From Hypanus sabinus (lineage: Eukaryota), in the NCBI RefSeq assembly GCF_030144855.1, contig NC_082709.1, positions 153,760,001 through 153,824,000 of the forward strand: a stretch of 64,000 nt of DNA, in the 5' to 3' direction. The position numbers and the translations under genes were made by a program. The notes below the pieces were generated by a model. It ran no database searches. It saw only the letters and a program-made list of their open reading frames with translations, and was not told where the DNA came from. Shown in pieces: positions 37,070 to 48,710 of the stretch; the stretch's first letter is position 1; each line of letters opens with the position of its first letter.

Positions 37070-37570
37070 ACAACATGTGAAAATTCATACTTATAGGATA
37101 TAGTTTAAGGCCAGCTGGAGTATCGTGACCAATTCCAGCCAGCATACTTTAGTACAGATGAAAAGACTTAGAACAGAATGCAGAAGAAATTAGCTAGAAT
37201 GGTCTATGTAATATGTTTGAGAAGCTGGGTTCAGTGTCCTTAGAGCAATGAATGCTAATAGGAGATTTAACAGAACTACAAAATTAAGAACGGCTTGGAT
37301 AGAGCAAGAAACAGCTCTGAGTACCAGAAGCATGAGTAATTGGGGATAAAGTTTTAAGGAAATTGGCCATAGCTCACAGGAGACATGAGGAATATGTTGT
37401 TAAGATCTGGAATGCAATGCCTGAGACAGTGACAGTGACATCTGTTTACAGAAAATTGAATAGATACATAGAGGGGAAGTACTTAAAGATATGAGGAAAG
37501 AACATAGGGGTGCGAGAAACTGACTGGATAGTTCATTCAAAGAGCTCGTCCTGGCTATACGTTCAATGAT
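37070..37570 (+). mobile_element. Degenerate CR1 3' fragment
   Basis: aggccagctggagtatcgtgaccaattc; atctggaatgcaatgcctgag. Confidence 0.5.
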
Positions 37571-37954
37571 GGCCATCCTTTCGTTTGTATTCACACCTAA
37601 TCTTGTGAAGGTTGGTCAACCTGGTTGTGAGCTAGATGTAGTAAAGATGGTCCCCTTCAATTTGAAGGAGCAATAACTGGAGCACAACCGACTATGAAAC
37701 CAATGAGGGGTAGCAAGGTGCCTTCAGGTGGAAATGGGATGTAAAAAGGATGGAAAGGAGGAAGTAGATCTTGGGGAAGAACCTAAGATTTGGCTTGAGG
37801 AAACAGGCGAGGATTACAATTTGGTGAGAGCTTAAAGACAGGGAAAGTACTTGAAGCAAAAGACTCTGATATTAAAGGATGGACCATTACCGAACTAGTT
37901 TGGTGCATATTAAGTAAAGCTTAAGAGAGAGGATTTAGGAAAGGGTAAAAGTCT

Positions 37955-38270
37955 GGGTGGCTCATTAGTGTAGTGGTTAGTTCAATTGCTTCACAGTGTT
38001 ACTGATCTCTGATCAGGGTTTTATTCCGGCCGCTGCCTGTAAAGGGTTTGTATGCTCTCCCCGTGACCACGTGGGTTTCCTCCCACTTTCCAAAGACGTA
38101 TGGTAGGGTTAGCATTAGTAAGTTTTGATCATGCTATGTTGGTGCCGGAAGCATGGCAACACTTGTGGGCTACAACCCAAGCATGTTCCTCGGTGATTTT
38201 ATTTGAAGCAAGTGATGCATGTCACTGTATGTTCTGACAATAAAAAAGCCAATCTTTAATTTTAAGTCAC
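37955..38270 (+). mobile_element. V-SINE
   Basis: tRNA-like head tagtgtagtggttag; V domain ctctccccgtgaccacgtgggtttcctcccactttccaaagac. Confidence 0.75.
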
Positions 38271-38760
38271 TACATATGGGTTAAGGATAAAGAAATATGT
38301 AATCAACAAACTGAAGGGCTTGCTGACTGCTTTACAGTCTTCTTCACTACATTTTTTAATATTATTGCATCTAGATAATTCAACTGCCCAGGTTTAACAC
38401 CGGAAAATCTACTGCGGTATCATCCAGTGCTGACAGTCTTTGATGAGCAGCAAGATTTTTTGAGGAGCAAATTCATTTGTGACCATAAAACATTAGTGAC
38501 CAATATTTTGGTGGGATTTTGATGCCAATGTCTGAAGAGAATTTCTGCCTCATTATAGACTTCCAAGATTCAAAATCATATGAGAATTACAAATTTGCAA
38601 AGCAAGCCATGCCTTCAGATAACAATGTAACCAAGGTGCTGAATTATTGTAGTAGACTCATGTTACCACAAAACTTCTGAAGTTATTTTCTTATTCCTGG
38701 AAGGATGTCAATAAGGGTTCAATGATCAGAGCCAACATTCTCTCCATGAAACTACAGCTG

Positions 38761-39876
38761 AATGCCTTATCAAACAATATACTTGCAAGGTTACTCAAAT
38801 ATTACTAAAATATTAAATACCCAATACCTCTCCCTGCTTAGCTATAAACTCCAACTCAACAGAGAATATATCTCAATTATATACACACTATACTAAATAA
38901 TACAACTACTATATACAGACATCCGCAGCATAATAATTACTTACAGGTTATATGTAAAATACATTAATTGCATATGTCTTTCCTGACAAAGGGCATCACT
39001 GCTTGGCAGAAGAGACTTGTGGCTGTAAAACAATCTCAGGTTCAAGGGCCTCCTCTGTTGACTCTGAGACATATGAAATGGTTTTGATAGCTCTGGATGT
39101 CTTTCTTCTCCTTTTCTCATCTTCTTCCAGTTTGTGCCACTTGATCTTGTGAAGATGCATTTAGTAAACTGGAGTATTTTCTTATTAATTCTTCTATTGC
39201 CCCCTTTATGATCTGATCTCCCCTCTTGGTTTCCTCATTCACAACATCATCTGATGATTCCTCTGTTTTTGTATCTCCATTGACTCCTTTCATTTTGGCC
39301 TTCTAGTCATCCAGTTTGGATTTGGTCTTTACATCCACTTTTTGTCTTTCACTTGAAGTTCAAGCAATAACCTTAATGTGCATAGAGTAGACTCTTGTTC
39401 TTTATACTCACAAAAGCTGAATACCTGCAACTTTCCTGAAGTTCTTGAGTTCTCCTTCAGCTTAAAACCAAGCCATATCTTATAAGTAACCGCCTTTCTA
39501 ACATATTAGAAGCTTTCTCAGATATGTCGTCTACAAAAACTGATGTAGTTGGACCATGGCTTTCGTCACTTCCATGATTCTTCCGAGCAGCATGGTTCTT
39601 CCTTCGTCCAATATGTTTATCAACCAGAGGTTATCCTCGTCCCATCCTTGTCACCAATGTTGTGTTTTGTACCTTCAAAATATTAAGCTAATTCAAAGGA
39701 AGACACAGGAGTCAAGGAATTCAGTTCTAACTTTAAGCAAGGCACACATGTATCACATGGTAGTGTGATGACATATGCAATTAATGTATTTTTACATCTA
39801 ACCCATAACTAATTATTTAAAAGAATGAGAATGCTTAAAATCACTCAAATATTTTTGAAATATAAAGTACATAATA
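38761..39876 (-). mobile_element. Internally deleted LTR retrotransposon (Gypsy-like): 5' LTR 39658-39876, PBS, pol remnant, PPT, truncated 3' LTR 38761-38826
   Basis: LTR ends ...acaaaacacaaca then TGGTGACAAGGATGGGA (PBS). PPT aagcaggggagagg abuts the second LTR start, which shares ttactcaaatatt..gaaatat with the first. Confidence 0.75.
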
Positions 39877-40539
39877 ATAGCCAAGTGTTGATATTGTTTT
39901 CTGGTCTATGGGATGTTGCTTGGTGATTTTTCTTGTATTTTGACTATGGTTTTTCCATTTCTTATTCCTTGAATTCCTCACGGTCATATTTATGCCAGTC
40001 GTCATTGCTCTCTCTGGACATATTATACACCAGTTTCATTGTTCAAGGACACTACTTGTATACAGTTGTTCCAGAGAGCTCAATTCCCTAATTTTGGTTT
40101 GTACCATTTTTTTACTCTAGATGCAATGATAGTTTGGGCAAACTTTCTAGGCTAAGTCATGCATTTGCGTAATGGTGCTGTTCTTTCTCCAGTATACATT
40201 GTTATTGAAGAAACCAATAGCAGCAACTGGAAAAAATTACTTTGTCTGTTCTTCAGTCTGTCCATCTCGCAACATCAAAATATTTTTAAGTTCATTTACA
40301 GCAACTGGGCAACTGCAAGCACTTTTTCCACATAATCAGAGTCTGAACAGGGTAGAAATGAAACTGAACAAACACACCTACAGAAAAGTCATCTTAGTGG
40401 GAAGCACAAGTAATAAGTACAGTACTAATCAGATGGGGAAGGGCAATGGCCATGGGGATAGGCTGTAAACAAGGTTAGCAAGTCAATGAGTGAATGGGAG
40501 CACTGAGACAGTGAGAATGTAGACAAAAGAACATAGAAA

Positions 40540-40720
40540 AAATGTAGCAACACTAAGCACTGAGGAACTCAATTAGTCAGGCAGCATTTATGGAGGGAAA
40601 TATACAGTTGACATTTGGGTTGAGGCCTTCATCTTGGCTGGAAAGAAACAGAAGAGGTGAAGAGATAGAAGGTATTTAAAATGGCAGAAGGAAGGCAGGA
40701 GCAGGAAATAGAAGGATGTG
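40540..40720 (-). mobile_element. Penelope-like terminal repeat fragment, eroded
   Basis: gaggaactcaattagtcaggcagcatttatggagggaaatatacagttgacatttgggttgaggccttcatc. Confidence 0.6.
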
Positions 40721-42489
40721 TTCAGTAGACAGGCTGGGCATTGCTGCACATCCAGAGGATAAGAAAAGGCATAAAAAGGGTGAAAAAACCCACAATAAAC
40801 TTTTGTCTATGTTCTCATTTTCTAACTGCTCCCATTTTCTCATTGACAAGCCAATCACTCTCACAATTTACTGTATTTGCAAATTTTGTTTCATCTGCCA
40901 ATTTTGAAATTGCGTTTCATGGACCCAAGCCACTAACATAATCTTTAAATATAGGATCTGTTCATTTCTGCTGTCCGTGTTTCTTGTTCTTTAACAAGTT
41001 GTCTATCCTTGTCAATATATGCTGTTGCAGGCTTTTATTTCAATTAATAATCTTTTTTATGAAACTTTATCAAATGCCTTTTGAAAATCCAGATCTACTA
41101 CATCTGGATACCTGTTTTGCTAGTTTTGTTTTCTTACAAAAGCTTATCATAACCATTCAGCATCTTTTCCTGTTCTTAAAAAACTCTGTTAACTCATATT
41201 ATTTCATACATGGCCTATCTTTGGTTTTCCTGAATATTGTTCAGATATAATTTTCATTTTCCCTCTTCCTCATTTCATGGTTAACGGATGAAATTGGACA
41301 ACTTTGATCTAAGCTCTAAAACATTAAGGGTAATCTTTTGTTAGGGAAATTAATTTGCTAAGGAAATTCAATTAAAGTTGGTCACAGACTTTGAAGTGCC
41401 TAGAGAATACCTTTATTCATGAATAAGGGAAGAATGACTCGCTTACAGTGCAATCATCAAGTCTTCCAAAGAACATTAGTCATAGCTTGACGCAGAAAGT
41501 CAATTACATCAAAGTTTAAAAAAAGTTCAATCCTGTGTGTCTTTTCAATTCCCACGAAAATGCCAGTAACAGTCTCTTGTCTGCCCGCAACACACAGAGA
41601 TAGGTTGTTAAACATCCTTGAAACTAAAATAGATTACTTCAAACATACTGAGTACCCAGGCCGAATGGTGAATCTTATTTAAGATATATAGATGGTTCAT
41701 TAAACCCTTAGATGCAAGAAGTCGTTAAAGTACAAAGGTATAATTTGGTATGTATGTTAGTACCTCACAGGTAAAGTGAAAACTAGGACACTTTAATTGT
41801 CAGAAACTTTTACAGCCAGAGAGTCCTATACAATTTACGACCTTCATTGTCTTCACCTTGTTTATGAACTAATGCCACACTAGGCGTATTGCTAATTGAA
41901 GGAAAGTGCAGAGTATTAGAAACTCAGATATTTTAACCCTTTATTCAGAATTTTCTTCCACATCTTTTCTTTACTGTAGAAATGGGAAATGCTTCTATTA
42001 AAGTTGAAATGACTGAGATGCTCTCTTTTGGAATGTAGAATGAGGAGAAACACTGTTGACCTGAATAAATTTTTAATTTGTATACATTTTCAGTCATTCC
42101 TTTAATGCAAAAAGAGCCACAGAAACTCTCTTGGGCATCTTTCTGATGTGATGACCATATCAAGAATTCTTTGAAATCCTGATTATTTTTTTCCTAATTT
42201 ATTTTCCCAATATGCATAGGAAAATATAATTGTTTCCAATTTACATATCCTTTAATAATTTAGTGTCAGAATACCAAAAGAATGGCAGAATAAAAGGATT
42301 AAGGATGATGACTGTCTTAAAGTAAATGATATATGTGAACTAACTTGTCAGCCCATCAGTTTCATTCAATCTACTTTATTTTAAGTAAACTACATAATTT
42401 GACCATGAGATCTGAATATTGAGTGTATCTTGAAGGAACCATGGTTCACAGAATTAGATCCACTCTTAGTTGTGTTATCGATTGACACT

Positions 42490-43620
42490 CTTTCCTAATA
42501 ATGATCTTTCATGATTGAATTCTTAGAGAAAGGGACAAAACAAATTGGAGAAGTAGTGGATATGCTATGCATGGATTTGAGTAAGGCATTTCACCAGGTT
42601 CCCCATGGTAGGCTTAGTCAGACAGTCAGGAGGCATATGATCGAGTGAAATTTGGCTGTGTGGATTCAGAATTGGTTTGCCCACAGAAGGTAAAGGGTGT
42701 AGTAGTTGGGGCATATTCTCCCTGAGGTTTGGTGACCAGTGGTTCCAGAAAGATCTGTTCTGGGACAACTGCTGTTTGTGACTTTTATAAATGACTTGGA
42801 TGAAGAAGTGGACGGGGGGGGGGGGGGGGTGATTAGTGAGTGTGCAGATAACACGAAGGTATGTGGTGTTGGGAATTGCATAGAAGGTTGGTGTTGATGC
42901 AACATTGATAAGATGCAGAACTGGACTGAGAAGCAACAATCAGAAAGTTGTGAAGTGATTCACTTTGGAAGGTCAAACTTGAAGGCAGGATTCTTAACAG
43001 TGTGGAGGAACAGAGGGATTTGGGGTTCACATCCTCAAAGTTGATAGGATGTGTGCTGGCCTTTATTAGTCAGGGGACTGTGTTCAAAAGCCACAATGTA
43101 ATGTTGCAGCTCTATAAAACTCGGGTTAGACACACTTGGAGTATTGGGTTCAGTTCTGGTCACCTCATTATAGGAAGGATGTGTAGAGAAGATTTACCAG
43201 GATTAAAGAGCATTTCTTATGAGGATAAGCTGAACAAGCTAGGACTTTTCTCTATGGGAAGGAGGAGAATGAGAGGTGACTTGGCAGAAGATATACAAAA
43301 TTATGAGAGGCATTGATAAAGAGGACAGCCAGACACTTTTTCCCAGGACAAGTATGGCTAATATGAAGGGGCATAACTTTAAAGTGTTTGGAGGAAAGTA
43401 TAGGGGGATGTCAAAGGTAGGTCTTTTACACAAAGAGTGGTAGATGCGTGGAATGCACTGCTAAGGGTGATGGTAGAAACAGAAAGAGGGACTCTTAGAT
43501 AGGTGCATGGATGAAAGAAGACTGGAGGGCTATATAGGAGAGAAAAGTAGAAGAGGTTAAAGGGTCAGCACAACATCATGGGCCAAAGGGCCTATACTGT
43601 TCTATATATTCCATGTTGTA
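42490..43620 (+). mobile_element. CR1 RT 3' part with an expanded G16 run at 42814-42829
   Basis: atggatttgagtaaggcatttcaccaggttccccatgg; VMLQLYKTRVR; RRRMRGDL. Confidence 0.85.
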
Positions 43621-44899
43621 TGTTGTCTTTCATATTCAAAGGAAAAATGCTTCACTTACCCACAAGAAAGTTAAACTTACTGTAAAGTTTAAATATGAGA
43701 TGGGCAAAATGTTCCATTTAACTATATCAAAGTCACTTATCTTTCACATTTTTTGTGTTTTTACTTTTTTAATCTGAGGAACCAAGGATCTGACACATTA
43801 TTGAATTATTTGTGCAGACAGAATAAGCTGCTTAATAATATGAAATGCCCAGCTTCCTAAGCACTAGGTTTAAATACATCTCATTTCTGATACAAGTTTA
43901 AGGTTAGAATTATTCCATTATTATTCCCAGACTGGAGGAGTAACATTGTGGTGAATGGGGAATGAAAGTTTCAGCACTCTGGGTGCAGCTTTGCTTCTAA
44001 GGTTTAGTGAAAGTCACAACATATCCTTTCCTCAATGCTCACATTCAGAAAGTTGGTTAGAATGGTAATGCATGAAATCCTTACGCAAGATGCATTTGAT
44101 GCCAGTAGCACCAAAGTGAACTGTAAGAATCTGGCTAATCCCAGGTTTCAGCAGCTTAAGACTCCCAGGTTGTGTTGTTGAAAGGGATTCTTGCTGGCTT
44201 GCAGGGTTGCTGATGTTTGGATAAAACATGCGTTAGTTGTGCACACTGTCACCAGTTCCACTGTTCCATGGGCAGTGATGTGGCTTAGGTAATCATTTAT
44301 TGAGATATGAACCTTTGTATCATTAGGCCTTTAGAATGAAAGACAAGACCAGAAGAAGACAGAGGAGGACGGTGTACCAGGAGAGAGAAATCAAGGGAAC
44401 AAGAGGCTATATCAGGTTGCTTTTTCTGGGAACATGCCTACATTAACTAGCAGAGTAACGCTCGAGGGAAATCTGCTGATTCAACAAGTCAATTTTAGCC
44501 AATGACTGTCTAAATGCTCCTTACAGTGAGAGTCCATGCTCTTCCAGGCCAATGCTGGGGGTGTTCATTTCTCCCAGTTTACTGCTACATAAAAGAGGTT
44601 ATGGGGATTTTATTTACCTTTAAGTCAAAAGAATTTTATTTACCTCTTCTGTGCATAGTTACAGTAGACATTTTAGGCACATGAATTCCCAATAATGCAA
44701 GAAATATTTCACTTGATTTCCACCTGTCAGAAGGCCTCAGAGAAGAATGTAGAGTTATTCAGGAGGTGAATAGGAATCAGACCCTCAGCATGCAATTTGT
44801 AAGTAACACTGGCCAGAGGAAAAGAATGATTCACGTAAGACATGGGAAGCAGAAACAGTGCCTCCAAACTACAAGTCCTTTCTGAATGTACACTTTGAG

Positions 44900-45196
44900 C
44901 ACTATGCCAGACTAACGGGGATTTTTTGTCAAGGGATATCTGTTCATCATCTGTCTTCTCTCTCCAATCTGAAGTCTTCTTATGAGAGGAAAAGCAGATA
45001 TAAAGAACGTTTTCCATCAACACAGCTCCAGTTGGCAAGCATTTGGTGCCCATTATGAATGCTCCCTCCATATGAGGCATTCTGGAAGTGACTTGCAATA
45101 CAGAGCAACTACACCAAATTTTTAGTAGTTTGTTGTGTCCTTCACTTTTTGGCAATAACGTTGGCAGGGAGAAGGAATGAGGAAGAGGAGGAGGAG
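44900..45196 (+). pseudogene. Second PIF/Harbinger transposase relic (C-terminal part), highly eroded
   Basis: VKGYLFIICLLSPI (from 44928; cf. DKGYPLxxWLMTPL); HSGSDLQY (45078-45101; cf. SGGALQY); KFLVVCCVLH (45116-45145; cf. IVVCCxLHN); acidic EEEEEE tail. Confidence 0.55.
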
Positions 45197-45930
45197 ATCA
45201 CTGGGAGCCTCTTTACAGTTGTGCAGTCAGGGGAATATTAACTGCAATGTGCTTGTAGTTAGAAGAAGCTTAAATTGAATGATAGCTTCTCAGGAAATAT
45301 ATTGATCGATGCCCAAGCACAACATGACATTGAAGGAGCTTGTGGACAAACTACTTCCCATCTCTGGAAATGTCTGTTGTTTCATTTTGGACTTGTCAGC
45401 CATCACAAACCTTCAGAAACATAGTGGATGCGGTTCAATGTGGATTCCAAGGGACTGCCAAAGAAGAGGAAGATATGATGTTATCCCAGTGGCTAAGGAC
45501 CCGTGAAGGTAGCGGATGCAATGCAATTAGTCTTTCCTGCTCTGTTTGGCCCTGAATTTGCCTGAGTGGGAAAAAACTAGTCAAGACTCCCAGGCACTTG
45601 ATTAAAAACTAATACAATGTAAAATAACATAAAATATTACAAAAGAAAGAATTCTTCTTATAGATAATCTTGGGATAATCTTGTTTATGTATGAACACAA
45701 CTTTTCTTGCAGACTTTTCAATTTGCAGACTGTTTACCTTTCAGCTAAAATGTTGCTTTAAAAATGTCTCCTGGCCTCTATGGAGAACATTTGGAAGGTG
45801 TCCACCTCTAACCAAATAGCTTACTGCACTGACCTTGCCTCTTTACTGTCTGAGATCTAAACAACTGCATCTTATTGTTTCTTCTCTCTCTTACTTAATT
45901 TCTTATTCACGTTGCTTCTCCATTTCTTAC

Positions 45931-46602
45931 TGTAACTCAACTACCTTTCTTTTTACAATATTTTTATTCAGAAGAAAAAAAATTACAGAGTGCAACACAT
46001 AGATACATCTCAACATAACTTGTGTACGTTCATATATTGTAATAAAATTGATCAAAATGTTATAGCATAACACATAAAGGTATACCACTCTGTAATCAAA
46101 AATTTAAAGATAGGTCATACATCATAAAATAAATTTTTTTATATATAAAAAAAGTCAACCCCCTACCAACTACCAAAGAAAAAAGCTGATTTCATACCTC
46201 CATACCTTCTCTCAACTTTTTAGGGTCCAATTTGACCCAAATCCCCTTACTGCCTTGTTTGGTATTATTGCAAATGAAAATATAACTTCAAATACTCCTA
46301 ACCTACAGGTTTTAGTTTTTACCTCTCTTATAGCAAGAAGAGCAATCTGGCTTAAATGGAAGGAGTCTACCCCTCCTACACATCTTCAATGGCTACGTGA
46401 TATTATGTCTTATTTAAATTTAGAAAAGATCCGCTGCTCAGTCTTAAATTCGAAACAATCTTTTTATGATATTTGGGGACCTTTCCTAAATTACTTTTCC
46501 AATTTATAAAGTTTAACAGTGCACAGACTTTTATGCATATTTTTATCTTCTCTTCTTAAGTGAATGTTTTTTTTCTAATTATCCATTGTAACTCAACTAC
46601 CT
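45931..46602 (-). mobile_element. 5'-inverted L1-clade LINE insertion with 16-bp target site duplication
   Basis: TSD tgtaactcaactacct at 45931-45946 and 46587-46602. Minus-strand 3' UTR/AATAAA/A-rich tail at 45947-46190. Plus-strand ORF2 C-terminus (IARRAIWLKWKESTPPTHLQWLRDIM...IWGPF) at 46191-46586. Confidence 0.85.
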
Positions 46603-48134
46603 ATGCTTCTAAATAATTACACCTTTTCTCCAGTCTATTTCCTCCTTCAACTTTCTCCTGTCTGATCTGATAATTCACTTGTCAGTCTTGAGTTGATAAC
46701 ACTTTTCCTGATTCTTTACATAACCTATGTACAGATTTTTACATTCTACAGCAGTTGTACTTCTTTTTTTATTAAAAATATCACATCTTTCTTTGCAAAT
46801 CTTACATGTTTTGCATGCTGTTCTTGCATTAGCCATTGTGTTTTCTGAACATTTGCTAACAATCACACAGGTCTCATCCATTTTTACTTCTTAGCTCCAG
46901 GAGTTTCCTTCTATTCTTCAGCTTTTTGGTAGGGCCAGAAGGAGCCACAATGACACCTACCCATTTCTCTTTCAATAGTAGCTTTTTCCCCAAGTACTGA
47001 ACTATCCACTATCAAGTATCAATTATCAAGTACTGCCGACAGATTGCAGTGAAAGAAAGTGGTCACCAAGGGTCTGGCAGAGTATGGCACATGATGATGA
47101 TGACTAAACTATCCTATCTCCAATTTTCACCTCATCAGGGCCCTTTGTTGGCACCACTATATAGTTTGTCCACTTTGATTTCCTCTCTGAATCTACATGG
47201 AATAAAGCTCAGCAAGCCACACAGAGCAACAGAGCAGAGGTGTGATACATGCCCATACCATTTGCAGCCTGAGCGACAAGCAGTGAGAAGAAAGGCTGGG
47301 AAGTGCATGGCAGCATCTGTCACAGCTGAGTCTCCAATGCTCTGTTCTCAAGAGCAGAGAGTTTCTGGATCTGGTTAGTCTCCTCTTGAGATAATGGTTT
47401 GGCAGTCAATTGCAACAGAAGACAAAATGTGCTAGCATATGTCTGGAAATTTATCTGCTAAATCTGCTACCTTTGCTTCATTGCTGTAGATGCTGAGAGC
47501 TTCATGTGGCTGGAACATGAGAACTTTAGATAATGGTCCTGATCAACGTGAGGTGCATTAGGTGGAGTAGAGTGTGCACTTGTTGAGAGATGAGATTTGA
47601 TGCATATATTGAACTTGACTAGGTTCTAAGGACATAAAATGTTTTGTGGCCATGCATTCTTTTATTGTATTTTTGTCATTTTCTAAGATGCACAGAGCTA
47701 AAAATAAAGTGGAGAAAGCTTATAATAATTTTTTTTAAAATAACAGTGGCAAAAAATCAAAAAAAGACATAGCAAGTGCAAAGTACAGACAACAAAACAG
47801 CACAAAATGTGGAATATTTGGGGTAGAAATGCTGCTTATAAGAAATTGGGAAGTATACAGTATATATTAACGCATAGGCTTTGTATTGTGTCCCATGGTT
47901 GCTGAAGTGGGGCACAGGAGTGAAGAAATATATTCCAACTTGACTCAAGGTAGAGGATGGAATTAAAAGGCTTCAGTTCCAACTCTGGCTGCTAGAGAGA
48001 AATATCATGGAGGGAGTTGGGATTGGTGAGAAGTGGAAGGGAGTTTAACCGGTTGTAGACACAAAGTCCAGACTTGGCTTAATTAAAAACCCTGGCTAGG
48101 TTTGATATCTTGAGCAGCACACCCTCTATCTCTA

Positions 48135-48460
48135 TCATAGAACAACAACAAAACATTGCAGGAAAGGTCTTTCACTCACCATGTTTACAGTAACCATGAC
48201 GTCAATCTAAACTAATCCGACCTGCCCACCAATGGGTCCTATCCCCCAATTCCCTTCCTGTCCCTGTACATGTTTGTTCAACCTCTCCTTATATTTAATA
48301 CTCTCTAATCTAGGCAATATCCTGGAAAACTTCTTCTGTACCCTCTCCACACATCACCATTCATTCAGCATTATTTGTACTGTCAAGTGTAATGCCTCAC
48401 ATTTTTCAGAATTAAACTCCATTCACCACTTCTCTGACCATCTTATCAATTGACCTGTTG
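48135..48460 (-). mobile_element. CR1 3' tail fragment, eroded
   Basis: ccctctccacacatcaccattcatt...gcctcacatttttcagaattaaactccattcacc. Confidence 0.5.
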
Positions 48461-48467
48461 CTAATCA

Positions 48468-48710
48468 CAAACACGAGAAAACATGCAGATGCTGGAAATC
48501 CAAGCAACACACAGAAAATGCTGGAGCATCTATGGAAAAGAGTACAGTCGATGTTTTAGGCTAAGACCCTTCATCAGGACCATGGGAAGAAAGATGAGGA
48601 GTCAGCTCCAGTCCTGATGAAGTGTCTCGGCCCGAAATGTTGACTGTACTCTTTTCCATAGATACCGCCTCGCCTGCAGAGTTCCTTCAGCATTTTGAGG
48701 GTGTTGTTTG
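48468..48710. mobile_element. Penelope-derived fold-back repeat (inverted arms, 30-nt spacer)
   Basis: 48505-48580 is the reverse complement of 48611-48706 apart from an internal deletion in the left arm. Confidence 0.8.
48609..48646 (+). ncRNA. Minimal type I hammerhead ribozyme motif (PLE-type), near-intact
   Basis: CAGTC-CTGATGA-A-GTGT-CTCG-GCCC-GAAA-TG-T-T-GACTG: stem I CAGTC/GACTG, core CUGAUGA and GAAA, stem II with one mismatch, NUH site. Confidence 0.6.
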
